64,000 bases of DNA from Dipteris shenzhenensis (taxonomy: Eukaryota): assembly GCA_047967505.1 (NCBI GenBank), contig CM106538.1. The stretch is one strand, 5' to 3'. A program made the translations under genes and the position numbers. Shown piece by piece: positions 12,362 to 25,350 of the stretch (within the stretch, counting starts at the first letter, position 1; each line of letters begins with the position of its first letter). The notes beneath the pieces were generated by a model. That model was not told the DNA's origin. It saw nothing but the letters and a program-made list of their open reading frames with translations, and made no database searches.

Positions 12362-14880
12362 AGTAGAGGACTAAAATTTGAATTGGTGAGTATAGAGAAT
12401 TAGAATTCCTCATATTTTAAGGGCTACCGCTTCTTATATGCTAATTTATTAATGTGATGACCATTGGATCCACATTTTGAGTTCTTATTTTCTTGAAAGA
12501 CAAATGTCACATGTGGCATCACTCATGACTCATTAATCATACGTACTCGTTTAGCAAGATGTTGGGCGTTTCTATATTTTGAGCAAAACCATCCGAGCAT
12601 TTGAGCCATACATAGGGCCCCTTTTGTGAATAAAAAGAGGCCCAAAGACCCCTTTCTTCAACGAAAAGGGCTTTTTGGGGCTATTTTTTTCATGGACCAT
12701 GTGAAAAAAAAGCCCAAAAGCCCTCCGTGAAAAAAAAGCCCAAAAGCCCTTTTCGTTGACGAAAGGGGTCTTTGGGCCTCTTTTTTTTTACATGTGCCCA
12801 ATGACCCCTTTTTTCAACGAAAAGGTTTTTGGGCTACTCACCCCTTTTGTAGGGAGTTAATGAAACTCCCTACAAAAGGGATTTTGGGGTTGCTTTCATG
12901 TGAAAAAGAGTAGCCTAGAAACCCCTTTCTTCAACAAAAGTAGTTTTGGGGTTGGCAATTATCAAGTAGGAGATCATGTCTCATAAGTCATTCAAGCAAA
13001 ATGGGAGACAAGGAAAAGGTCATGTGCCATTGATATGCCCCCTAATATATTATGCTTCATAGTGAAGAGCGGCATGTTGAAAGTTTCAAAAAGACAAGAG
13101 ACATGTCAAACTCTCATTCATCCTTCCTTCTTTCACTTCAAAGATTGTTTGCGCCACATGGCAAAGAAAAGTAGAGTACATGACATTTCTAAGAGAGAGA
13201 TGTGATAAACACTCATTATATCTTTCTTTTTTAATGAGTGAAGTACATTTGAAAGTCTCAAAAAGGACAAAAGAGTTGGATGTAACATTATAAGTATACT
13301 TAATCCTGCTTCCAAAATGCCGTATTAGGAAAAAATAGGGCTCATTTTGGGAGCTTTTAGGCTAGACAAAAAATGGAGATCCTCCAATGAGAGAGAGGCC
13401 AATGTTACGTTGGAAATGCTTTTCTTTTTTCAAAAAAATTGACTTTATCTCGCTAGAGATGCTTGACACACTATCATTTTGAAGTTTCCGCTCTTGTTTT
13501 CTAGTGTGTCATAAATGCTATACCAAATCCCGAAACAGATAAACTGACATTTTGAAGTTCTCATTCGAGCATTTTTTAGTGTCAGAAATGTCTTTTCAGA
13601 GAGGTCAAAACGACCAAAACTGGTGCTTGACAAGAATGTGCATAAGGAAGCGATTTGCCCAAATCGCTTTCTTAAGCACACTCCTATCAGGCTCTTGTTT
13701 TGGTCATTCTGACCCTTTTGGGAGGCCAAATTTAGTGATTCAAAAGTCGTTATAGGGATTTTTGCTACCTCGGACACAATAGTGAGGCCAAAACCACTAA
13801 ATTCCACATCAAAATAGTAGAAAGCCATTTGGGTCCTTGGATAGGAGCATTCATGACACTAAAAATGCTCGAGTGAGAATTTCAAATTTTCATTTTATGT
13901 GTTTCGCAATTTATACCTGCAATTAAATGCTCAACCATATAAATGCGTGCTTCTACAAACGGACTTTCATGGTCAAGACATATCACCAAGCTCTTAAGTG
14001 GCTTCAGACAATGCCTAGCTCTTAAGTAGAGGACTAAAATTTGAATTGGTGAGTATAGAGAATTAGAATTAGAGAGTATAGAGCGTCATATTTTAAGGGC
14101 TACCGCTTCTTATATGCTAATTTATTAATGTGATGACCATTGGATCCACATTTGACTTCTTATTTTCTTGAAAGGCAAATGTCACATGTGGCATCACTCA
14201 TGACTCATTAATCATACATACTCGTTTAGCAAGATGTTGGGGGTTTCTATATTCTGAGCAAAACCATCCGAGCATCCGAGCGAATTGAATCGTAAATGTA
14301 TATTTTTGTCTCAAAGTTCATGAAATGAAGCCATACATAGGGGCTCCTTTTGTGAATAAAATGGTCTTTGGGCCTCTTTTGTTTACATTGCCCATATTGG
14401 GCAATTAAAAAAAAGAGGCCCAAAGACACCTTTCTTCAAAGAAAGGGCTTTTTGGGGCTATTTTTTTCATGGACCATGTGAAAAAAAAGCCCAAAAGCCC
14501 TTTTCATTGAAGAAAGGGGTATTAATTGGGCATCTATTTTTTTACATGTGCCCAATAACCCCTTTTTTCAATGAAAGGGTTTTTGGGCTACTCTTTGGGG
14601 TTGCTTTCATGTGAAAAACAGTATCCCAAAAACCCCTTTCGTTGTTTCCCTACAAAAGGGGTTTTGGGGTTGCTTTCATGTGAAAAAGAGTAGCCCAAAA
14701 ACCCCTTTCTTCAAGAAAAGGGGCTTTGGGGTTGGCAATTTCCAATTAGGAGATCATGTCTCATAAGTCATTCAAGCAAAATGGAAGACAAGGAAAAGGT
14801 AATGTGCCATTGATATGCCCCCTAATATATTATGCTCCATAGTGGAGAAGAATCTTTTGCACCAATAGAGCGGCATGTAG
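12362..14880. repeat. Direct duplication of the methylesterase upstream region (~12362-13080 and ~14026-14880), containing foldback-like aaaagcccaaaag/cttttggg arrays
   Basis: agtagaggactaaaatttgaattggtgagtatagagaattagaatt at 12362 and 14026; colinear through gatcatgtctcataagtcattcaagc...agagcggcatg. Confidence 0.9.
13515..13920. mobile_element. MITE-like foldback element
   Basis: Imperfect ~60-bp inverted repeats at 13532-13590 (gaaacagataaactgacattttgaagttctcattcgagc...) and 13848-13906. No TSD identified. Confidence 0.55.
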
Positions 14881-15439
14881 AGAGAATTTTGGCTATCCTC
14901 ATCCTTTAAGATTTATCATACCATCTTTCAGGCTCAAGATATTACAAGCGGAGCTTTGCCGCTACTCTACACACACAATGCTCTCATAGTTGTTGTCCTA
15001 GATTGCACTTCTGGCCCTTGTTGCCATAGGGTTAACAAATGTGGAACCAATCCTTTGAAGGAAAGAAGCAAGAAGGTCCCATATTCCAAGCGATTGGATG
15101 TAACTAAAAGACCCCAATCTATGAGATGTCTTTGTTCAATTTTTAATGAAGCCAATCTTAATTTTTGCCATAGGTCTTGAATGCTTGCAACCATTCAAAT
15201 AAAAGTTTCATTTTTACAAATGAGCTACTTTAGGATATTCCTTTATACAAACAAGTTGTTTTAGAATCACAACTAGTACGGTGGTAGTACAATATAAGTG
15301 GTCTCATAATTTTTCTTTATACAAGCTATTTTAGGATCGCAACCAACACGATGGTAGTATAGAATAAGCAGTCACTAGCACAATGGTTGATTGCTTTTCA
15401 TGGTTGGACATGGATATTTTTGTGTTTTCTTACCTAAAT

Positions 15440-15482
15440 CATAAACCCTAAACCCTAAACCCTAAATGCTAAATCCCAAATC
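15440..15482. repeat. Short interstitial telomere-like (CCCTAAA)n tract
   Basis: taaaccctaaaccctaaaccctaaatgctaaatcccaaa. Confidence 0.8.
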
Positions 15483-16011
15483 TTAACTCTCATCACTCAT
15501 CTACTCCCTTCTCATCTGCTCCACTGCTCACCCGCTCATCTTCACCATGCCTCCTAGCACCCCTCGATGCAACGTGATCCCAATGTTATTTACCTTCTCA
15601 TATACGATGATTGTGTTGCACTCACATGGAGTAGAAATGCTAGCTCTAGTGGACACCCTTTGTTCCCATGGCCAATTCCCCCCATATTTACATGTCACCA
15701 CCTTAGATGACATGCTCACCTTTGGCCTCTTTATGGTTGTCCTGTATGGGTTCCCCCTAGACGTCGATGAAGGCCTCAAGATTTTCACAGCAAAGTACTC
15801 TTGTCTTGTTGGGGAGGCCGTGATCTGAGTCCTAGCAATGTGTATGGTCTTCGGCCTCTCCATCATCTCCTCCATTGGCTCCCTAAAACTTTTCAATGCA
15901 ACAAGATGGGCTGGTGGCAATACTAAGTTGTACAAATTTCCTCTTACTCAACGAGGCTTATAACCACTCAGCAATGGCTTGATGTAATCTTTTCGCCTCT
16001 AAGGCTCTCAA

Positions 16012-17610
16012 ACATTGTATTTAAAAAAAAAAGGACTTGTATAAAGTCCAATTCCAAAACTGGACTAAATACAAGTCTAAAGTTGTTTGAATATCATAGA
16101 CCCATGGTTTTTTTTCCATATACTTCAAAACAAATATTGCAATAATGGTTGAAACTTTACACACCCACTTTATAGAGTAACCATTGGTAGTTTTCCTAGC
16201 AACCTTTGAAAACCCAAATTTTGTCAAATTACCAAATACTAGATAAGCTTACAGAAATACCTTCTATGATTAACCAAATAATTACACTTTGGTCGACACC
16301 ACATAGTTTTGAACCAAAGTCCAAAGTATATCAAGATGACTTGTTCTCTTGAGAGATGGTGTACATATACACCTTCTTTGTGTAAAAATACATTGTTTAA
16401 GTGTAGGCCTTTTGCAATTATAATTGGATGTGTGCTTGTTTCGACCAACTTTATGATGAAGGTTGAACCTTGTCCCCCTATATTGTCACTGGTGGGGAAT
16501 CCAAGTAGAAGCAAAAATTGCATGTAGAGGAGATGACTTTTTGTTATATATATATATGTATGTATGATTTGATATCAATTATAAAATTTTCCAAAAAATA
16601 ATTCAAAAAATGCAAAACTTTTTGAAGTTTTAAACATTTTTTCAAATATGTGGCTTGAGCCATATGTGCCCCGCAACTCCAAAACATGTGGCGTGAGCCA
16701 CATGTGCCCCCCCCCCCCCCCCCCCCCGCCCCGCCCAACATATGGCTTGAGCCACATGTGCCTCCCCCCCACCCCTCCCCAACATATGGCTTGAGCCACA
16801 TGTGGCCCCCTCGCCCCCACCCCCACCGCCCAACATGTGGCTCATGCCACATGTGCCTCCCCCACCCCCCAACATATGGCTTGAGCTACATGTGCCCCCC
16901 CCCCCCCAAAACATGTGGCATGAGCCACATGTGCCCCCCATGTAGTGTGAGCCTCATGTGCCCCCCCCCCCCCCCCCCCCAACATATGGCTTGAGCCACA
17001 TGTCTCCCCCCCCCCCCTGGCATGAGCCACATGTGCCCCCCCCCCTCCCCCCCCCCAACATATGGCTTGAGCCATATGTTCCCCGCCCCTCCCAAACATG
17101 TTGCTTGAGCCATATGTTCCCCCCAAACATGTGGCTTGAGTCATATGTGCCCCCACCCCCAAACATGTGGCGTGAGCCACATGTGTCCCCAATGCCTCCA
17201 AAAAAAAAAAGAAAAGATATAGAGTTAAAAAAAAACATGTGTGTTGATGGTATAGATTTAAAAAAAAAAAATCAAAAAATTTCCCGCCATTCCCCACTTT
17301 CCTAATTTGAAATTTGAAAAAATTTCCCACCATCCCTCTCTTTATCTATGGCGGGACAGAGGAGAGGGGAGGCGAGTGGAGGGGAAATTTCAAAAAAACT
17401 CCTGCCATTCCCCACTTCCCTAATTTGACTCTTTCCTATTTTGAAATCTATGGCGGGACATAGGAGAGGGGAAGCGAGTGAAGAGAAAATTTCAAAAAAA
17501 CTCCCGCCATCCCTCTCCTTGACATTTCAAAAAATTCCCCACCATCCCTCTCCTTGACTCACCTCCCCTCTCTCCTCTATCCCCCTACCATCCCTCTCCT
17601 TGACTCTTGG
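16012..17610. mobile_element. Non-coding remnant of the same DNA-transposon family (terminus-like segment plus palindrome array)
   Basis: 16012-16140 is an inverted, diverged homologue of the right end of the complete element (ggacttgtataaagtccaatt..ggacta..gtc..ttgaatat vs reverse complement of 35260-35392). It has the ggtgtacatatacacc subterminal motif (~16357) and array A. The other end was not found. Confidence 0.6.
16645..17185. repeat. Palindrome array A, copy 2 (ACATGTGGC-TTGA-GCCACATGT units with poly-C spacers)
   Basis: About a dozen units seen directly; G-run-rich on the minus strand. Confidence 0.92.
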
Positions 17611-18083
17611 GGGGTGCACTACTTAGAAACCCTATGTATCACGTGCGTTCAAGGGGTATTTAAAAAACCCCTCAACTAAAATTTTTAGTCCAATAAAAAC
17701 ACCCCTCTTTACTTATGAACTAAATGAGTTTTTTCTAAAGTTGAATTAAAAAACCCCTCTTGTTATTGTAAACCTGTTAAACTTTTCCAAAAAGTTAAAT
17801 TAAAATACCCCTCCTTTTGGGGGGCTTCCCTTTTTTGAGCCTAAACCCTCAAGCATCGAGCTTGCATTGCCAAGATAGCTTCAAAAAATAGCCACCCAAG
17901 CTACTCTTTCTTGGAAAAAGGGTGAAATATATGTCCTTTAAAGGAAGTACTCAACCATGTGCAATGTGAGTCTTGAAGTCTTGGAGTCTTACCCAAGTCC
18001 AAGAGTCACCCTTTCCTATTTTAATTATCATAGGATGTCTCTAGAACAAGATGAGTCCTAAGATCAAATCACGCACTCAAATT

Positions 18084-18264
18084 TGTGTGTGTGTGTGTGT
18101 GTGTGTGTGACGCACACATCCGCATGTGCACGCACACGCACGCACACGCATGTGCACACACACAAAATAGTTTTGCATACTGACTATATCTCTGGGTTAA
18201 AAGATACTATTTTACATTGCATTATACTTTTGTATAGTACCTATAACTTATGATAAAAGGAACA

Positions 18265-18325
<61 letters not shown>
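18084..18325. repeat. (GT)n, (CA/CG)n and (GA)n microsatellites
   Basis: Seen directly. Confidence 0.95.
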
Positions 18326-18326
<1 letters not shown>

Positions 18327-19339
18327 GACTTTAGATTGATACCCTTAGGTCATAAGGGATAAAAACATTGTCTTAATTTTCCATGGTTTCAGGAAGAGTC
18401 CTTGGAGACATGCAACCCTTAGCACCCCTTTTGCTAGGAATGGGGTCTATTAACCCTTGGAACCCCTTTTGTTCGGTTTCATCGCTCATCATGACTTGTA
18501 TTGGTTGGGTGGATGAAACCTTTGTCACCCCTTTTTCTAGTGAAAGGGATGTGGAACACTTCATTAATCTTCTAGTGGCAAGGGCACTTTATCAACCTAC
18601 TGAAATGTACTAATGGTAGGATATGTTTCACCATGAAATCCTTGGTAGCATAGCATCAAGGGAAATAATTGTAATGCACATGAGCCTCTTGAAATCCAAT
18701 GGTTGTAGGAAATGCATGTTCTCAGATGGATGCCACCACGACCCCTTTCACACTAACAAAAGGGCGCAATGCACCATGTATATACTATCTATCTTTTTCA
18801 TTATGTATATACTTAGCGCACCATGCATGTACTCATATTTGGAATATAACCCTCTCTAGCTGTGTTTTTGTGTTGGGAGGTAATTTTGTTTCCTCTAAGA
18901 TTATTTCAACATTTGTTTGGATAGATTTTAATAAATATATCTTTTTACATCTCATCAATCCAAGCTACGGTTTGAGAGTTATGATCATTTTTAATTCTCA
19001 ACACACTATTCAAAATTTTGGGACTTTCTCTCCTGGTTTGGATTTTTTTTTTGGAGCATATCCTCTCCACTCAACTTCACTTAGTGAGCTCAAAAATTGG
19101 GTTTTTTAGAGCACTAAATGGTTCACTTATATACAAATATGGCCTTATTAAGCTAAAAAGTCAAGTGGTGAACTCTAATTAAAAAAAAAAAGGCTCAATG
19201 AAGCTATAATTCCCAAACTTGTGCATGGTGCCCCCATCCAATAACTATAATAATAATAATAGTAGTCTCCTAACTCTAGTTCAATTTTAACACTATGAAG
19301 TGAAAATATGACACCATATGAAAAGAGTTTGTTGAATTC

Positions 19340-19490
19340 AACATATAAGTGGTGTATAGATATACCATTTTTTTGAAAAAAAAGAGTTTGTTGAATTCAC
19401 TATATAAGTGGTGTATAGATACACCCTTTTATTGAAAAACAAACCATACAAAACATTATCTTATTGGTGGTGTATAGATACACCATTTGT
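19340..19490. repeat. Left subterminal palindromic motifs GTGGTGTATAGATACACC (3 copies)
   Basis: Inverted counterparts (ggtgtatatgtacaccactt and variants) at ~34950-35220 near the right TIR. Confidence 0.75.
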
Positions 19491-19517
19491 ATGGAAAAAA
19501 GCATACAAAACATTATC

Positions 19518-22500
19518 TTATGCATCTGAATCTCGTTCAGAGTCATCAGATTCATGTAATGTATTTGCGCTTGATGGGTTAAGTCTTGCCAAATGATGTT
19601 TAATATGGACACGACTTGGATCACGGATTGTGATACATTTTTCAACATTGTATCCACGCTTCATTTTAAAACTTCGTGTCCTCGATTTCCAGCAATGAAT
19701 AATGCTAGTGACTTCCATCTCTGTTAATCCCTTATTATTTGGAAACCATTCATGTTTCTTTTGCAAGCATATCTCATAGAGTTGTTTTATTGTATATCTT
19801 CTCGGGAGATTTTTCAATGGCTTTGGTTCATACCATAAAGCTGTGAATGTTATAGGAGTTCCCTTGTCATCCCTTTCTATCTTAGCAACCTTTGCAACCC
19901 AAATTGGGCCACCTTGGTCATCCAACTCTGAACTTGGATTAGATGCCCAAACTACAACAAATAGACCCTCTTCAATCTCATTAGATGGTATAAACTCTGG
20001 TAAGGGTTGTCTCCCTTCCTACCACAATATTTTCGAGGTAAAAGGTATTCCTCTACTTCCTCCATATCTACTAACATATTTATATCCAAAGGAAAACTTG
20101 GTGACCTAGCTTGTTCCGGCCAAAAGGATTCATAGTATTCAATGCTCATTAAGTTTTCTTGTCTTTCTAAAGATTGGATAAGTGCTTCAATTGATTTAAT
20201 TGTCTCCAAATTCTTAGTTGATTGCTTGGGATATTTCTGCATCATACTTTGAAGATGTTTAATGAAGGCTTTCAAGCCTTTCATTTCATCTATGTCAAGT
20301 GATTTGTTTTTTGCAAGAACAAATCTAGTTTCCTCTAATGAATTATTTGTTGTAATAAAGCATATGACTCACTCCATAAATGATCTCCATCTACTAAGTA
20401 GTGCTTCCATTGCATCATTGGAATATTGTTATGCATGTGAAACCGAAAGTAGTGTGGATTTGTGTGTCTTATTAGGGCATCATCTCCTGTTTGTAAATGT
20501 GGCTCTATGAATGCTCTCCAATCTGCCATACTCTCTAAGATAGCCACTTCTGATTCTTCCTTGCGAGACCCTCCAATTTTTTTCCCAATTCAAAATAGCA
20601 TATCCTCCATTGTCAAAACATCCATTGACTTCAACTCATCCGAGATAACACTGAAGATTTGATCTGTCTTCATGTGTATGGCTGACAAGAAGAAAGCCAA
20701 CTTCCACTTCTTCAAATATTTTCAAACCAACCAGCATAGAGCATAAAACAAATATATATTTATTTTTGTTCTCTCTCCAACAATTATCAACTTGTATTCG
20801 CAATATGTTAGGTAAACATCCACGAGCATCTGTGACCTTTCTTATTGCTTTCATGATTGATGTAACAACCTGGTTACTATCATGGTCATGCAAACTATCA
20901 ATCCATACATCACAAAAGATTCGGTATCCATGTACTAATACTCCACAAAAGTGTGTTTTTAGTCCACGTTTGCCCTCCAATGCTAGTGGGACACATCTAT
21001 ATCGTGGCAAAGTTGTTTTATTCTGGTCCATGCCATCAATGGTGATGCACATGGACTTATCGACATATGAAATAGCTTCCTCTCTCCAAGAAGCATACAA
21101 CTTTCGAGCATCCTGCACATGACGTAAATGGATTGATCGCCATTTAATATATCTTCCTCGCTGCTGCTCACATTTACTATGTTTAATGGCATTTTTAAAT
21201 TCATCACATGTCTTACATTTTGACATCCTTTGCTTTGATGGTGTCTTGACATGGAAAAAATCTCTAGGCCAAATTTTGTACAAGGTTGATTGTGAAATCA
21301 TGCTCTCGTCTCTATCTTATAAAGTTTTATTGACAGTTTCTAGTAGGCCAAATTTTATACAAGGTTGACTGTGAAATCATGCTCTCGTCTCTGTCTTGTA
21401 AAGTTTTATTGACAGTTTCTAGGATGACCTTCTTTGTCATTCTCGAAGGAAGATGTTGTTGACATTTGACACGTCCATCTAGCATTGTTTGTTGAAGATG
21501 AGGCTGTGGTAATGCATGGTCTTCGAGAACTTGCTTTAATGTTGCAATTGCATTTATAGTGCTTCCATGGCATTTAAGCTTGTAGGTATTTCCATGAATT
21601 ATATGAACTACTTTTTCTTTCACCTCTGCTCAGATGGTCCAGTATGTGCCATGTGATAGTCCAGTTAAGCATTGATATCCTCGATTGCAAATGGGTCTCC
21701 CATTAACCATGGGTTTCAATCTAGGTTTACAGTGTCTTGTGCTCAAATCTTGATCAGTGCCTTGAAGAAGAAAGCATAAAAACTCTTGAAGAAGATAATT
21801 ATGTCTATTAGGGGCTGTCTTACTCCAAATACCAAGGCGTATGGCTGGACAATCATCTTTCCCAACTTTTCTAATGCAAAGTCTCTTACAACAAACTTGC
21901 ATAAGCATCCTTTCCATATTCTCCTCGGATAACATTACATGTCTCTTTGGTTTTGGAATTGATGCCATGATTCTTTGCCTCTTCACACTCACATACTTTC
22001 TTTTTGTAAACAGTGTCTTGCATTTTCCAGTTATAAGACCATTAAACCTCGAATCCATTTCCCTTGAATCTTCATCTCTTTAATCAAATGCTGTGTGGGC
22101 TTGAGAATTATTTGATGCCTTATAATATCTTGAAAATGGCAATCTGGTAGACATGTTCATTGATGTCAATTTGTTGCCAATGCCTCTTGAATTTTGTGGT
22201 TGAACTCTTTCTCCTTCGTAACTCAAGATTCTCCCATCTATATTCTCTGGCATGCTAGCAACAATATTACAAACAACATGACAAGTCTTAGATTCTCTGC
22301 CCCCTTTGCCTTGCATTCGAGTGGTAACATCATGATCATTGTCACTAATATCATCAATTCCTGTTATTGCATCACTTATCCCATCGATCTTTGCATGTAT
22401 TTTTCTTTGTGGTCCCATCTTATTATTCTCAACACAAGACAAGTCTTTTATATTAGTAAGCATGTTTGAGTCACTTGCAACACACGACAAGTCTTCTATA

Positions 22501-23394
22501 CCAGTGAGCCTATTCGAGTCACTTGCAACATAGGACAAGTCTTCTATACCAGTGAGCCTATTCGAGTCACTTGCAACACAGGACAAGTCTTCTATACCAG
22601 TGAGCTTGTTCGAGTCACTTGCAACACAAGACAGGTCTTCTATATTAGTGAGTATATTTGAGTCACTTGCAATACAAGAAACCTTTTCTGCATCAACATC
22701 TTTTATTCATAATATCCTCAATACCTATGAGGATGCCACTATGATACTCTTGATCACTACTATAGCTTCTTATCAATTTGGATCCCATTTGTGTTATAGT
22801 CCTTTTCTTCTAATAATATTCTGTTGTGTCTTCCGTGACATTGAAGGAAACTGTCTTGAGCAAACTTGATTTCAAGAAAGCTAACCCCCATTTACAAGTA
22901 CTATGAACTTGTAGATGATGGACGTCTAGATGTGAAGTACTATCCATTGCATTTTGAATGACACCTACACTAGTCAACTTAATTATCTCCACTATATAGA
23001 GAAAACTCTGAGCATAGCCCTTAAAGTTGCCAATTGCTAAAACTTCTATGGAGCAAGATAACATCTCTACTTTTTCCCCCTCAAAATAAGTTTTCTTTAT
23101 ATCTTGAAAGTATGTCTTTGGAACAATTTCGTCTTAGTCCCAGAGCGTTCTGTGTGCTTGCATATCAAATATGTCACATTGTAAGATATCTCCCAATGTT
23201 TCAAAGTCTCCATGTGGATATTTTAAATGTACTTCAGGATTTACAATGTTGGTGATTATCACTACACATCTTCTCTTACCACAACGTTGGAAATGACACA
23301 CATTCATAGGATCAAGACTATGAATTTGTCCAAAAGCCACCACTTTATTCTTCTTATATAACACCACATCCATACCCTCTGTTAGGGTGAATAC
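19518..23394 (-). pseudogene. Sola-like DDE transposase pseudogene, homologous over its full length to 6460-9931
   Basis: VVAFGQIHSLDP..CHF..G..HLKYPHGDFETLGD, CCKRLC, RMSKCKTC, TIDGMDQ, KTHFCGVLVHG, QVDNCWRENKN, SHTHED, HTNPHYFRF, IWVAKV..WYEP. Several stops and frameshifts, plus a ~79-bp internal duplication at 21266-21422. Splice acceptor ctaat..acag ends at 23395. Confidence 0.87.
22440..22680 (-). repeat. 48-bp coding minisatellite (16-aa repeat SCVASDSNRLTGIEDL, ~5 copies) inside transposase 2
   Basis: gagtcacttgcaacac...acaagtcttctataccagtgag repeated every 48 bp. Confidence 0.92.
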
Positions 23395-23504
23395 CTGTTT
23401 TATGTACAAAAATAGATTAGCAACTCAAAAAAAGACAATAAATAATCGTTGAGCTTATTATTACTTTAAACTTTAAACAATTAATACCAAAACATCTTAA
23501 CCAT

Positions 23505-23670
23505 CGTAAATCCTAAACTTTAAACATTTAATCCCTAAACCCTAAACCCAAAATCCTAAACTCTTAAACACTAAATCCTAAACCCTAAAACCTAAATCCA
23601 AAACTCTAAATCCAAAACCCTAAATCCTAAATCCTAAATCCTAAACCCTAAACCCTAAACCCTAACCCTA
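23505..23670. repeat. Degenerate (CCCTAAA)n telomere-like tract, left arm of the foldback cassette
   Basis: ccctaaaccctaaa/tcctaaa repeats. Confidence 0.92.
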
Positions 23671-23699
23671 AAATAAAACCAAAATTTAATGATTTTTTT

Positions 23700-24850
23700 A
23701 AATTTGTGCAACAAGTTGGCAGGTTGGGGGGTATATCCAACCTGTTGCACAAATCAAGAAACCTGTTGCTTGAGCAACAGGTTGGGGGGTATATCCAACC
23801 TGTTGCACAAATCAAGAATTTTCTTGATTTGTGCAACAGGTTGGATATACCCCCCAACTTGTTGCTCAAGCAATGGGTTGGGGTGACCCCAACCCATTGC
23901 TCAAGCAACGGGTTGGGGGTTATAGGTTGGGGTCAACCTAACAGGTTGGATATATCTCCCAACCTATTGCTCAAGCAACAGGTTGGTGTCCCCAGGTTGG
24001 TTATATGCAACAGGTTGGGGGATATATCCAACGTGTTGCACAAATCAAGAATTTTCTTGATTTGTGCAATAGGTTGGATATATCCCCCAACTTGTTGCTT
24101 AAGCAACATGTTGGGGTCCCGAGGTTGGATATATCCCCCAATGCAACAGGTTGGGGGGTATATCCAACCTGTTGCTCAAGCAACAAGTTGGGGTCAACCT
24201 AACAGGTTGGATATATCCCCCAACCTATTGCTCAAGCAATAGGTTGGGGTCCCCAGGTTGGATATATGCAACAGGTTGGGGGATATATCCAACGTGTTGC
24301 ACAAATCAAATTTGTGCAACACGTTGGATATATCCCCCAACCTGTTGCTCAAGCAACATGTTGGGGTCTCCAGGTTGGGATATATCCCCCAACCTGTTGC
24401 ACAAATCAAGAAATTTCTTGACTTGTGGAATAGGTTGGATATATCCTCCAACCTGTTGCTTAAGCAACAGGTTGGGTCCCCTATTGCTCAAGCAACAGGT
24501 TGGGTTCCCTGTTAATATATCCCCCAACCTGTTGCAAGTGGAACATGTTAATGGTGCACCTAATCTATTGCAAAAATCAAGGAATTTTCTTGATTTATGC
24601 AACAGGTTGGATATATTCCCCAACCTATTGCTCAAGCAATAGGCTGGGGGATATATTCAACCTATTCCACAAGTTAAGAAATTTCTTGATTTGTGCAGCA
24701 GGTTGGATATACCCCCCAGCAGTTGGGGGATATATCCAACCTGTTATATAAATCAAGAAAATTCATTGATTTTTGCAATAGGTTGGGTGCACCATTCACC
24801 TGTTCCACTTGCAATAGGTTGGGGGATATATCAAACCTATTGCACAAATT
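23700..24850. repeat. Palindrome array B built from the half-site AACCTGTTGC in alternating orientation
   Basis: Units acctgttgc-ttga/tcaa-gcaacaggt, caacaggttgggggatatatccaacctgttg and gcacaaatcaagaattttcttgatttgtgc. Confidence 0.93.
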
Positions 24851-24877
24851 GAAAAAAATCATTGGATTTTGGTTGTA

Positions 24878-25350
24878 TTTTAGGGTAAGGGTTTAGGGTT
24901 TAAGGTTTAGAATCTAGGATTAAGGATTTAGGGCTTAAGATTTAAGATTTAGTATTTAGGGTTTTGGGTTTATAATTATGGTTTTAGGGTTTAGGGTTTA
25001 GGGCTAAGGGTTTAGGATTTAGGGTTTAGGGTTTAAGATCTAGGGTTTAGGGTTTAGGGTTAGGGATTTAGGATTTAGCATTTAGGGTTTAGGGTTTATG
25101 ATTATTGTTTTAAGGTTTAGGATTTAGGGTTTAGGGTTTAAGGTTTAGTATATAAGGTCATGAGCTTAGAGTCTAGAATCTAGGGTTTAGGATCTGGAAA
25201 TTAGGTTTTAGAATTTAAGCTATAGGGGTTAAGGTTTAAGGTTTAGGGTTTAGGGTTCAGGGATTAGAATTGTTATATAAGTTTAAGAGCTTAGATTGTA
25301 TAACCTAAGATTTAGGGAACTTTAGGATTTAAGATTTAGGGTGTAAGATT
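24878..25350. repeat. Degenerate (TTTAGGG)n telomere-like tract, right arm of the foldback cassette
   Basis: tttagggtttagggtttaggg and variants. Confidence 0.93.

Noticed and set aside
14950-15935. ORFs 14967-15194 and 15528-15935 (-) as a gene or transposase fragment
   Set aside because: No motif I can recognise with confidence; probably decayed TE sequence. A profile search would be needed.
23505-25350. True chromosome end or telomere fusion
   Set aside because: The tracts are short, degenerate and internal to a TIR element. They point outward, whereas an end-to-end fusion gives TTTAGGG followed by CCCTAAA.
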